The notes under the pieces were generated by a model, which was not told where the DNA came from, did not search any database, and saw only the letters and a list, made by a program, of their open reading frames with translations. From Octopus sinensis (lineage: Eukaryota), in contig NC_042997.1 in NCBI RefSeq assembly GCF_006345805.1, positions 104,656,001-104,720,000 of the forward strand: a stretch of DNA of 64,000 nucleotides, written 5' to 3'. The first letter of the stretch is position 1. Each line of letters begins with the position of its first letter. Positions 26,870 to 41,000 of this stretch are shown here, piece after piece. The translations under genes and the position numbers were made by a program.

Positions 26870-27030
26870 CGCTGCTGTGTGATAAATAGCTTGCATACCA
26901 TCCGCATGGTTTCGGGTTCAATCCCACTGCGCGGCACTTTGGGCAAGTGTCTTCTACTATAGCCTTAGGCAGACAAATGCCTTGTGAGTGGATTTGATAG
27001 ACGGGAACTGAGAGAAACCCATCGTATGTA
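26870..27030 (+). mobile_element. Family C SINE, 5' half
   Basis: GGTTCAATCCCACTGCGCGGCACTTTGGGCAAGTGTCTTCTACTATAGCC..GCCTTGTGAGTGGATTTG, followed by (TG)n. Confidence 0.8.
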
Positions 27031-27070
27031 TATGTGTGAGTGTGTATGTGTGTGTGTGTGAGTGTGTGTG

Positions 27071-27130
<60 letters not shown>

Positions 27131-27339
27131 TTCGTTGAATGCTCGAAATGATGAGTTGACAGACAGCCGGCAACTGATGAAGGGTCCTTTCTCTGTGTTA
27201 CATGTCCTGTTTTCCATTTTTTCTCATTCCTTACGTTGTTTAGGTATTTGAATTTTTCCTTTGTGTATTTCATGTTATTTGCAACCGTTGTTGACGCCCT
27301 GTACCCATATATGCATGCGTATGCATATATATATATATT

Positions 27340-27394
<55 letters not shown>

Positions 27395-27436
27395 ACATAT
27401 AAATACATACATATCTATATATATAACACATATATG

Positions 27437-27467
<31 letters not shown>

Positions 27468-27538
27468 TACTACAATATACACTAGAGAGAGAGAGAAAGA
27501 GAAAGAGAGATAATATACATGTACATACGTATGTTTGC

Positions 27539-27572
<34 letters not shown>

Positions 27573-28311
27573 ATTTGTGTGTAAGTACATACACACACGC
27601 GCACGCACACAGATATGTATGTGTGTGTTTGAGTGTGTGTGTCTCTGTGTATATACACACACCCACAGACACTGATTCTGTTCTCACAGGCACATCACAC
27701 ATACATCCCTTCACACACGCACATACACACACACGTACACACACACACACACATACACTCACACATACACGTGCACATATACACACGGATTGTCTCACTA
27801 TAGTACAGAATCAGCAAATTCTGTTTTCAGCTGATTTGTTGAGAAGATTATTTCGATCTCTAAAATCTCTCATATCTACATTTCGTCTAAATATATTATA
27901 TCTCTTTCGTTTGTGGAGCTTTTCGTTCTTCTCGTTATTATTATCATTTCACGTGATGTCTCTTGCAATATTGATTATTATATTTATCATTCCTATATTC
28001 CTATGAACACAGACAGCCATACATACATACATACATCCATCCATCCATCCATACATACATACATACATACATACATACATACATACATACATACATACAT
28101 ACATGCACACATACATGCATACATACATACACATACATGCATACATACATGCATGCATACATACCATAGATGCACGCCTACATACGTTCATACATCCATA
28201 CACACACGTAGTTATCTATATGTGTGTGCGTATGTGTGTGAGTGTGTGTGTGTTTGTGCGTGTCTTTGTGTATACATTTATGCACATACGTATATGCACT
28301 CTCTTGCAAAC

Positions 28312-28371
<60 letters not shown>

Positions 28372-28456
28372 TTACTGTAATGTATATGTATTTATATTTA
28401 TATTTATATAAATGTATAGGTGTGTACATGTACGTACATCTGTATCTAAATTTCTT

Positions 28457-28491
<35 letters not shown>

Positions 28492-28536
28492 CATATGTAT
28501 ATTGTATGCATACACACATATATATACGTATATATA

Positions 28537-28581
<45 letters not shown>

Positions 28582-28665
28582 TTACTGTAATGTATATTAT
28601 TTATATTTATATTTATATAAATGTATAGGTGTGTACATGTACGTACATCTGTATCTAAATTTCTT

Positions 28666-28706
<41 letters not shown>

Positions 28707-28732
28707 ATGTATACATACACACATATATATAC

Positions 28733-28790
<58 letters not shown>

Positions 28791-30253
28791 AAAATATATA
28801 TATATATATTTACATAAACATATATATAGATATATGTGCAGGTATGTATACATATATAAACATATATGTGTGTAAATATATATATATATATAATATCAAC
28901 AAACATACATATACCCATAAACTTGCATAAATGTATTTTATATGTCCATGAAGAAAATTAAATGCTAAAAACAAAAATACACTTTATGTACACATAGATA
29001 TGGGAACATACACGTCGAACGATAAAAATAACCTTTACGCTGTCGCTCAGTTTGCTAGAGATTAGCCTTATGCTGTATCGTATCGTATTAAATAAAAAAT
29101 AACTGAATACATTGGATAACGATGTGCTTGTAATTATGCTTTCTACCTTGGAAACCAGATGAGATAATCATATTTGGAAAGCTTTTTATTAATTCTATTC
29201 ATGCTCGATCAGATCAAAACTAAATCTATAAAACAGAAACAACGATATCAACGATGAACAACATTCACAGAAGCCGGGAGTAGGTACCGTGATGTAACGT
29301 TTACGGCACTTTGCTAAATCGTGGTAAGCTAAGAGAGAAATGACAATATTCACGTGTAAATATATGCCGTTTATTTATTAGATGTAGTAGTATGCTTACG
29401 TATACATACACATGCAAACACAGCTAAATATATACATAAATAAACAGGCACACTAATACAAATGCAGAAAATATGTTGGGTCATTAAAGAGGGAGGAAAT
29501 ATGGTACAGGATGATATGAAAGAGGAAAGAGGAAAGCCTTGAGTTGGTGTTGTTAGGTTAAGTAAAACGTGTATATTACATACAACGAGAAGTGAGTGCA
29601 TGGTGTTAATGAAAAAGAGACTTATATGGCAGCGGGCAATTGTAAAGAGTGAAAATTCTCCCGAACCATGGGTTATGAAAGGTTAAGCAGCAAATTTAAT
29701 ATAATATAGAACAAGAGGAGGACAATAGAAAGCCATCCATGTAAATGATACGAGATGAAGTACCAACATTTGGACGGTCTAATACTTATCTTTCAAGGAT
29801 GCACTACTTCGAGGTGATTAGCTTGGAATTAATCTTTTAGAGGTATAGGAACAAATATGCATTGACACACACACACAGACACACACACACACACATGCAC
29901 ACAAACACACACACATGCAAATATAAGGACGCATATATTTTGCTGGTGTATATATATGTATATAAATATATACACACCCATATACATAGTCACACGAACT
30001 TATACATGCATACATACACACATATGATTATATCTGTATATACCAATTTATCTACGTAACACATACATACACACACATTCAATCACACAAAAAATATGCA
30101 CACGTTTGTGAGTGTATATATATATATATATATATATACACATGCATATATGTATGCACATATGTTTTTGTGTCTGTATGAGTACATATATATATACACA
30201 CACACCACACACACACACACACACGCACGCACACACACGCACACACACACACA

Positions 30254-30289
<36 letters not shown>

Positions 30290-32989
30290 CATACACACAA
30301 GCATATATGCGTGCATACACACATGTCGGCATACGTACACACCCATACACCTACGTAGCGCATGCGGTATAACTTATTCGTAAATATATCTTATCTCGAG
30401 ATTTGATCTGTGTGTATCACATAGAAAAGAGATATTTGTATCACAGTACACCCTTAACATTAAGCGTTGACAGAACCGAACAATGAACACAGCTACATGA
30501 TTATTCTCATTCTTATCACTCGGCTGTTTAAGCTACCCGTTGGTTGGTTTGTTATCAACAACATTCTAATAATATATAAGCACTTCGTATATCTGATGTA
30601 TAAGGTTTAGTCAGATTTTAACTATAGATGAAAAGTAATAGTTTGGTGGTCTTTCTACTTCTACTATGTTACTTTCCGTGCTGGATTATTTTGCGATGGT
30701 GATCAGTGTTGTCGTTATCGGGCTTCTTTTTTGGCCATATTAACTAACTTTATTTATGTATTTATTTTAAAAAATAAAACAGATCATGTGAGAAGCAGGC
30801 GATAACTACACATACACACATATTCACTCACATTTATATATGTTCAAAACATTCTTTCTTTCTTTCTCACCACACTCACATAAACACCTGCGTGCGCATA
30901 CGTATACATACACATTCATGTATGTGTGAATGTATGCACATACATACATATGCATACATACGCACACACGTACACACACACACACACATATATATATACA
31001 CGCATACATATATATATCTGCATATACATTACATCTTTTAGTAACTGAACAGCGGCTTTGCTTCCCACCCCGTCAGGAAATGATTAGTCCATCTAATTGA
31101 AACCAATACTCATTCTTCTGAAGTCTAACACCTTTTTCTACCGGCTTCCTTTGCCGTGCTACTTAGAGGATGTGAACAAACCAACACCGGTCGTCAAGTG
31201 GTGGGAGGACAAACACACACATATGTATATATATATATATATATATACATGCATATATGTTTGTCTGTATGTGTGTGAGCACATTTGTGTATGTACATAT
31301 GCATTTAAATATTTATGTATAATCAATGTCTCATACTTAATGTATGTGTGTTATTAAACAAATTCAGGTTGCGGTATTTCGTTCAAGGAAGCTGCCTGTA
31401 AAGACAGAATTTTAAAAATACCGTATACTTCAAAGCTGGGCGAAACGAATAGCTCCTGAAGTGAGTGAGAACGACAGATATAGATATTGCGCAGTTATTT
31501 CGGCTCATATACTCAATTCACTCTTGAAACGAATTTGAATCGCAGACTGCCACATTCGATAGTTAACCATGATATTATAAAAAATGAGAGGAATAATTTA
31601 ACTCATACTTCACCAGGTACATTTTACGCAGGGAAAACTCTAGTGCGATTACGCAAGGCTTTTGAGGGGAAAGTTAATAATTTTCAGGTAGGAACTCAGT
31701 ATGCTGAGTGAAAAATTTAGGTACCGTAGAAAAATTTTCGAACATGTCAGTATAAATTACAAGTTCGCAACCAATTCACAAGCATTATACCGGGGACGAG
31801 GAAGAAAGTATAATCGTTAAAATAGCTCTGCTCAGGAAAATCTTTGTTGTTGTCATCTACAGTCTGAAACAAAAAGAACGATTTCGACTTAGAATGCATC
31901 GTAGCTAATTATCCTTAGTAAAGGATAATATATCAACGACGAAAGTAAAACAAAATTGAAACATTCACTATAGGCAAATACTTAATGAGAAAGTGCCGGG
32001 AAGTGGCTGAATACTTCGATACTGGTAAGAAAACGCTAACTTTCTAAACAAGGTTGTTATTATGTGTATTTGGCTTGCTATAGCACTTGGATTTTATATT
32101 CAAGAATAAAACCACCACGTTTACACAGATTTATCGGCCCATTGCTTGCCTAATTTCTATGTACATGCTTTACACAAACTCACTTAACCAATTCGTCTAA
32201 GATCATATAGTGACTATGAGCGGCAAAAAAAAAAGGGTGGGGATGTGCTGGACAACTTTTGATAAACAATTCTGTGCTACCCAACATAAGATAATTCAAT
32301 AGAAATCTTATGACAGTATGGCTTGATTAAAGGAAAGCATTAAACTCTATCCCACACAGTATCTATCCCCACGGAGTAGAATTCTCTGTGCTTGGCAAAA
32401 TAACCTGCTACTTTATTCTACACCCTGGAACAATCCTGGCACTTACATCTAAAAGATGGACGATCGTCTCCGATCTTATATATATTCCATATTATTTTGT
32501 AATCTATGAATGTATATTAATATATATGTGACACAGGTTCGATGAAAAAAAACGTGAACGGCTATGTCTTCCTTGAATTAATCAGTTCAACTTAGGGATG
32601 GCTTTAGTTTTCATCATTCGGGGAATGGATAGAAAAATACCAGTCAAAAATTGGGAATCGATTTGATCAAATACACGTCCTCTAGGGAATTTGTGGCATC
32701 GTGTTTAAATGGGAAATTATTATTTAAAAAGAAACGAGTGTATGAGTTTAAGATCATCATTAACATAAGGTTTATTGTCATAATTATTAGAAAGTCGGAT
32801 GAAATACCGTACGACGATAGATTCTGAGTTCAAATTTCCACTGTAGTTATCCTTTGTTTTCATCATTCCAATGTTAATCACATAATGCGTCAACCAAGTA
32901 ATAGCTATTTAGTCAACTAATGTCCTTATCGAAATTTTCAGGCTATGCTACAACGATAAAAACAATAACTGAAAATACTATTTTCACCT

Positions 32990-33426
32990 TCTTTCTATTA
33001 TAGGCATCAGTTCTGAAATTTGATGGGGAGAGGTGAATCAATTATTTCGACCCAAGTACTCAACTTGTACTTCTTTCATCGACTCCGAAAGCGTGAAAGG
33101 CCAAGTAGACGTCAGCGGAATTTGATCTCAGGACGTAGAGCTGAAGAAATACCGCCAAGCATTATGTCCGAAGTGATAACGATTCTGCGATTTCGCCACA
33201 TATCTTTCAAATAATATTGGTGTCAAATTTTGGCACAATTTCCGAAGAGGGGCGTTACGTCGATTACATTGACCCCCAGTGCACAACTGGTATTTATTTT
33301 ATCAACTCCGAAAGGATGAAAGGCAAAGTTGACCTTCGCGGAATTTGAACTCAGAACGTAAATACATACGGAATACCGCTGAGCATTTGGCCTGGAGCGC
33401 TAACGATTCTGCCAGCATGCCGCCTT
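32990..33426 (-). mobile_element. Two adjacent family A SINEs (more degraded + strand copies at about 32570-32960)
   Basis: CCGAAAGGATGAAAGGCAAAGTTGACC..GGAATTTGAACTCAGAACG, the reverse complement of the family A core. Confidence 0.75.
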
Positions 33427-34074
33427 ATCTTTCACCTAATACTGAAAACTTGTGTACAACATTTTCACCATTATATTCCGTTCTGTTATTCTTTTTTGGC
33501 GCTGCTGCTGCTGTTCTTGCTGCTACTAATAATACTGCCGCTGCTACTCTTATTGTTGGTTTTTGTTCTAGACTTCTTTCCTTTGTCAGCTGAACTGGTC
33601 CTTTTAACATTAATCTGGCCGACAATATTAATTTCCTCCCATGCTCTTATCAGATGGCCGAACTTTGCAACTAGAGTTTTAACGCATAAGGTCGAGTGCC
33701 GAACAGAAATAAAGACATAGGCCGGAAATGCAAAAAGGAACACTGTTAGGCTTTATCGATTGATAGAAGTTTTTCGACTTGCTCCTGCAATCTCGAAAAA
33801 TATCTTCTTATGATAAAGTTTCCTCTCTCTTTGTTCACTGCTTGTCGTTGCCTTTTCTCCTTATACTTCCTGTCTGCAGCCTTGCTCTCCATTTTATCAC
33901 TGTGTACCATTCTTTTTTGTCATTATCTCTTTCCCACATATTTTATCGAGTTTCTCTTTTTCTAATTATTCGCAGATCAGAAACTCATAGCAAATGCCAG
34001 TTCTCTAAGTCTTTAAAAAACAATGTATCAAGTGAAAATAGCCACGTGTCGATTAACGATGATAACTATATATG

Positions 34075-34111
<37 letters not shown>

Positions 34112-34136
34112 ATGTGTGTGTGTATGTATGTATGTA

Positions 34137-34204
<68 letters not shown>

Positions 34205-34419
34205 CATATATCTATCTATCTATCTATCTATCTCTATCTATCTATCTATCAATATATATATATATATATATATAATATATATATATATATGTGTGTGTGG
34301 TGTGTGTGTGTATATATATATATTTATCATTGGAACACTTATAAAATATGTGTTTGCAATATGTAAATATATGTGTGTATTTAATATATATATATATGTA
34401 GGTATATGCATACATATAT

Positions 34420-35470
34420 TGTCAAAGCTCGATTCTCCAGCGTTCAACACTTCATCTCCTGATGACTTAACAGCCATTGCCGTTTGTTTTTACTGTTTTG
34501 TTCTTACTGTCTTGTTGTTGTCACCACCTTAACACCCTGCAAATCCCAAATTATATTTAATTTGCTTTACGAGAACGACTGTGTTAACGAAGTCGCTTCT
34601 TGTCCCAACGTGCGAAACGCTGAGTAGATAAAACAGAGGACAACTGATGAAGGGATTGTTCTTTTTGCTGCCTGCCTCGTTTCTCTATTTGTTTCTTTCG
34701 TTCTTAAAAAAAAAGTTCGTTTTCCATCTTTTTGCATTTTATGCTCTCGTTTTTCATTTCGTTCACGTTATTTTGACGTCCTGTACCCATATGTGTATGT
34801 ATACATATATATGTAGGTTTGTACATATATGTATGTATATATGCATATATATATTGTTTATATTATAATATGATCGAACGCCACGCATCCATTTCCAAGT
34901 AAGTTTTATCTTAATTCTGATGCGTGCTCTACAACTTTCTCTTTTCTCCCTCTATTATTCTTCTTTCTTTCTGTCTTTCTTCTCCTCCCCTTCACCGTTC
35001 TCTTTCTCTCCTTGTGTGTCCCTCACTCTACCTCATTGACTGTCTCGTTGCTCACACGTAACCAGCGGCTATCTTTCTATATTTCTTCCTCTTGATTTAC
35101 AAGAGACAAGACACACTTTTACCTATCTCCTGTCAAACCTCGTTTTACCAACGTTCACCGCTACACCTTGTGATGGCTAAACAACCCTTACCGTTTGTTT
35201 TTACTGATTTTTTTCTTATTATACTGTTTTTGTTACCACTTTAACTCTCCGTAAACCCCAAATTTTATTTAATTTGCTTTGCAGGAACGACTGTTTTAAC
35301 GAAGTTGCGTCTTGACCCAACTGATGATAATATTGTTCTTTATGTTGCCTGTCTAAGTTCTCTATTTGCTTCTTTCGTTGTTCAAAAAAGTTCGTTTTCT
35401 ATGTTTTTGTTTTTTATGTTCTCGTTTTTTGACGTCCGGCACCCATATATGCATGTATATATACATATGA
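34420..35470 (+). repeat. Two direct copies of an unclassified (TA)n-associated repeat; third copy at about 27130-27325
   Basis: Shared blocks CCGTTTGTTTTTACTG..AATTTGCTTT..AACGACTGT..CAACTGATGA..TTGACGTCC(T/G)G(T/C)ACCCATAT at about 34480-34800 and 35190-35460. Confidence 0.65.
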
Positions 35471-35513
35471 TATGCAGGTATGTATATATATATATATGTA
35501 TATGCATATATAT

Positions 35514-35585
<72 letters not shown>

Positions 35586-36101
35586 GGAGCCTATTGAATG
35601 AATAGTCGTACATTTCACGTATTTGTGTTATGCGCTGCTACTAAAATCTAAATATTTCTGATTCGAAAACAACCAATGTGTTCGATTCTAATACACATAT
35701 GATGTATACTTTGGTTTCGCTTGGTGTATTAAATCAAAACGCAAATAAACTTCTTAAAAAGTGAAGGAAAAGATATCACTCCAGATATGTTAATAACTAC
35801 AGATATGTAAATATACTTACACTTACGCATATACAAATATCTACTGTATATGTGTAACTGATTGAATGCTTCTATGTTCGAGCACGTGTACGTATTTGTC
35901 GTTGCGTATGTATATGATATATGAGGATATGAGTATGTGTATGCATTTGTGTGTATATAGGGGATGCAGGCAAAGAATTGCGGCTAAGAAATTTGTCATG
36001 TAGTCTATTGGCTTTGCGTGTAGTGTCCTCGTGCAGCAGCTTTTGTAAGTATATTCTTCTAAACCCGGTATTCTGTGAAAGTGCAAAGTTCTGAGGAGTT
36101 C

Positions 36102-36144
<43 letters not shown>

Positions 36145-36575
36145 ATATTATATATATTATATATGAATTATTTTTACACATATTATATATATAGATTTTT
36201 TATATATACATATATATACACATATGTGTATGTGTGTTTGATTAATGAGAGAGATGGAAGTGGCAAGACGCGAGGAAGTTTATAGATCACTACAATTGTC
36301 TCGACCTATCCAGAATCAATCTCTCATGGGTGGGAAACTGAATAGCTAGTATGTTAGGCGTATTCGTCGGTGTAGATGTGTCTTTTCAGGTGATTGGAAG
36401 ATGCATACCGTTAAAATAAGGTTTGTTCTGCATGATTTCTTCTCGGTATATGTATACAAAAGCAACAAATTAAGGGATACAACTTCATTATAATAGAAGA
36501 TCAGAAACAAATATCATAGGCAAAAAGAAACAAATAAGCAATATTACGATAAAGTATTAGATATAACTGTATATA

Positions 36576-37818
36576 TCATATACATAAATGGTAATTTCTG
36601 TCTGTCGATCTGTCTGTTATCATCTTGCTGCCTACACCAGTGAACCAATCTTGACGAAACTTTGCATTCATATTAAACTAACATCCAATTCAATTATAGA
36701 GATTGGATAAAATGAGAAGGGTACAAGAGTGCTAGTGTGAGAGAAAGGTGGCGGCATAGTGAGTATGGTTGATATCAAGGAAGGGGAAAACAGTGTTGTG
36801 TAAGGGACAAATATGGAGTGTCAGTGGGATGGTACCGTTAATACAGCTGTCATTCACAGATATACACGCGACGTTGCATAAATACTTTCGTAAATACATA
36901 GATGCATACATAAATACACACACATACTACAAGCAGGCATGTACATACGCATAACTAACTTTTAAAACGCCTAGGAAGAGAAAGAAAGGTGGGTGTGAGA
37001 AATGCGTAGCTTTAAGTTGAGATGGGGTAGGTGGATTTTCTGCTCTCTATCGCAAACACTCACAAGCAGACACACACATACACATACATATATATCAATA
37101 CATATGTACATACATACATGCATACATACATATGTTTATTATACACGATTTTAAACTCGTGATTACTTGAGGGCACGTTTCTAAACGTGTGTGTATGTGT
37201 TTCAGTGTTTGTGTGTGCTTATGTGCATTTGCGCGCGTGTGTGTGTGTGTGAAACGTCCTATAGCTGTTTGTTTCTCTATTTTTGTAGGGTCTTACCTGT
37301 TGCTGTCATGTAGTATGAAATTTTTAAATTACCTCAAAATTTTCAAATTTGCTATATTGAAATAATTTTCCACGTTGATTTTGTTGTTTATTCCTTTTAG
37401 AAGAATTGTAGAAATATGTTACTGAGGTTTAAATTTCAACCAATTTTGCATAATCAGAAAACAGGATTTGGAGCATTTTCTGCATGATAGCTGTTTTTCA
37501 CCAAATGAAAGCAAAACCATTACAAGGACGAATTTTTATTAAACAAAAGAAAGCAACGCATTACGATGGCCAAAGTTGTAGGAACGTATGAAGTTTTAAT
37601 AAGTTTTAATCAATAAAATCATGTGAAACGTTCGAACAGGCATGTAAATAATTTAAAAAGAAAAAATCGTCAACGAAACTTTTTTACGAAAAATTGCACA
37701 AATATATCCTGATCAAGAAGCTTATCTGTCGACGGACGCATGATCTGACATGGAATAAACAAAAATTTATATGGCATTTTATTTTAAAATTTCCCGGCAA
37801 GAACGGACAATTCAGTTA

Positions 37819-37819
<1 letters not shown>
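36576..37819 (+). mobile_element. Probable non-autonomous Helitron (decayed)
   Basis: Starts A|TCATATACATAAA..CTGTCTGTC..ACCAATCTTGACGAAACTTTG and ends CCCGGCAAGAACGGACAATTCAG-TTAG|T (decayed hairpin plus CTAG-like end); no TSD. Confidence 0.5.
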
Positions 37820-37871
<52 letters not shown>

Positions 37872-38408
37872 GTGTGTGTGTGTGTGTGTGTGTATACGAG
37901 CAAAACGCCCCTGTTCCAATGGACGGGGCTGAGTTGTCAAACATTTAAACCAAATTTTCTCAAACAACTTGTCCGACCGTCCCATAGGCCTCCCATTTGA
38001 GATACACTGATTTAACGTAAATTTGAGACACCAGCAAAAGAAGAAATAAAGATAGACTATTTTTCTATTCCAAAGAAAAAACGATTTTATTCACACGAAT
38101 GAGCAAAATAGAAGAACAATCCATCCGTATAGTGGGAACACGTCTATTCGCCAGCTACTAAAGAGATGCACGACCCATCGTACTTCGTAGAGTATACCAA
38201 ACGCGTGTGATCTACACAACGTGAGATTTGGACCAGCCCCTTGGCGTTAGTTACTCGTAGCGGTGGAATTTCTGTGTGCACAGCCTAAATATCACACTAG
38301 ATTACTTCAATACCCGGTATATTGATACGACTAAATGTGGTACTTACAAGTTAAATCAACTCAAAATAGTGAATACCATTTCAGTACTCGATTCTCCCCA
38401 GAATCGTT

Positions 38409-38459
<51 letters not shown>

Positions 38460-39534
38460 GTTGGGCGTCTTTCAGTTTCGTCTGCCAAGCCCACTTACGA
38501 GGTTTTAGCCGGTCCGAGCCTACAGTAGAAGCTGTGAGTGCGTGGATCTGTCTACGTGTATGATAGAGAAGACATATTTACTCGTGTCTGGAGTGCATAT
38601 GCGATATGTTGTACGAGTGTTCAACGAATTGAAAGAAGAGTAGCTGCATTCACAGAGATCTTAGAGTGATCACCAAAATGTTTAGATAAGGTGCATGGAA
38701 ATTTATTAAATGAAATAAGATATAATTATTAAACCATAAAAACATTTAGAATATGGTCGTTCTTAGAGGGTGGTGAGAAAGATGGAGAAAATGGTGATGA
38801 TGACGAGATGGATGTGGATGCTGGAGGAGGAGAGGAGAAGGATGAGGCGGAGAAGCTGCAGCAGCAGAGGAAGAAGAAGAAGAAGGAGGAGGAGGAGGGA
38901 GAATGAGGGAGAAGGAGGAGAAGGAAGAGAGGCTTATCGGGATGTTGGCCGTAGTGGTGGTGGTGATTGTGGTGGTGGTGGTGATGGTGGTGGTGATGAT
39001 GATAATGATGATGATTATAATGGTGACGATGTTTGCTTTGATGGTTTTGATAGTAGTTTTGATAGATGATGATGACTAAGTCTAATCAAATGGAACAGAG
39101 ATCTTTAAAAGCAGTAGATTCTCTTTTACTAGTGGCTCAAGCCACATATTCTCCTACTTCGATTTCGATCTCGACACTACAAGATCAAGGAGGTAAAAAT
39201 GGCCATATGACTTATATGTAAAAGAACCGTGTTTGTTTATACGGGGAATGATAGTGGAACGAAAGAAGAAATAGAAAAAAAAAAAGAAGAGAAATGAAAC
39301 TGCTAGCATCAGATTATGGAAGAAATCGCTTTGGTTGCAAAGTGAACGAAAGGTTAGGACGAAAGGTTAGAAAACAGAATAGAGAGGTACACAGGAAAGA
39401 CGAGAGAGGAACTCACGAAGAGAGAGGAGAGGGAGAGGGGTGATATATATATGTATATATTTATAGAGAGAGATGGAGATAGAGAGAGAGGGGGAAATAG
39501 AAAGAGAGAGTCTGATGAGTAAGTAGAACGATGG

Positions 39535-39612
39535 ACAGATGATAAGCAGACAGAGAAACAAACTGATAGATAGGCGGATAGATAGACAGATAGACAGACA
39601 GACAGACAGACT

Positions 39613-39654
<42 letters not shown>

Positions 39655-39767
39655 TAGATAGATAGATAGATAGATAGACAGATAGATAGATAGATAGGTA
39701 GACAGACAGACAGATATATAGATAAATAGATAGATAGAAGGATAGATAGATAGATAGATAGATAGTC

Positions 39768-39841
<74 letters not shown>
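39535..39841. repeat. (GATA)n/(GACA)n compound microsatellite
   Basis: Direct reading. Confidence 0.95.
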
Positions 39842-39842
<1 letters not shown>

Positions 39843-40964
39843 AGAGAATGGAAAGTTAACTTTGGCAGATCGTTTAGAGACTTGATATATAGTAAAAAAA
39901 AACGAAAACATGAGAGAACGAGAGAAATAGAAAGCGAGAGAGGGGGAGAGAAAGAACTGTGGAAGTGATGAACAGGAATAATATAATGAATGATTGAGTG
40001 AAGTGGATAAAGGAAAGATGGAATGGTGGTTAAGACGAAATGGAAAAGTCGGAGAAAGAAAAAGGCGAGATTAGAGTAAAAGATATAAAGAAAGGTGATG
40101 ATAACAGAAAAAGTACACACAAAACAAGACAAAACAAAAAAACAAAGAAAGAAAGACATAAAAAAGTGATCCTAAGAGAGAAGGGTGGAAATAGGAGGGG
40201 AAAATATGATAAACAACTAAAAGAGAGAAAAAAGAAAGGAACTATAATAAAATGGACGACGTAGTTCTTAGAAGAGAAATGAAGAAGATAAAAAAAAGAG
40301 ATCTGATTTTCAGGAGATTTGCTGAATTTATTTAACGAGTCATTTGAGCCTTATCAACTTTGCTTCCGCCCGGGTCAGTTGTTCGTGCCAAGATGGCGCT
40401 TGTCATTGAACATAGATCGGCTTCGTTAGATGACATTAGAGAAACTATTATTTAACGGCCATTTTCCCCGCCATCCTTCTCCATTTATATTTTGTTATTT
40501 TTGGTCCTATTTTGGCTCGTATTTTTTGTTTTGCTCATTTTATTTTTTCGTTACTTGTTTTATATGTTTTTAATGCTTTTTGTTTTGCTTTGTTTTTTTT
40601 GTATTTATTTGGCCTTAAACGGAAATCAGACACACTCAGACGTGGCAACAACTATCTCCAGAAATTCTCACTATTGTTGCATTTATCGCCGTTATCAACC
40701 AACTTCTTTTCCTTATTTTCAGATGCCTCTGTGTTTTGGTATTATTGTTGTTGTTCGATTTTGTTGTTCTGTAGCTTTACTATATTTTTCTCCTTATTCA
40801 TCTGTTCTTAGTGGTTTCTAAATGTGTCATTCTGTGTCTCTCTGGGTCTGTTTGTATATGTGCTTACGTGCATGTATGTGCGTGTTTGAGAATGAGTTCA
40901 TGTATGATTGTGTATCTAAGCGCGCACGCACATACAAACACATATACATACACGTGTAAACATG

Positions 40965-41000
<36 letters not shown>

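Noticed and set aside
38770-39069. Arg/Glu/Gly/Asp-rich ORF resembling a low-complexity protein
   Set aside because: Built from GAG/AAG/GGT/GAT triplet repeats like the surrounding microsatellites.
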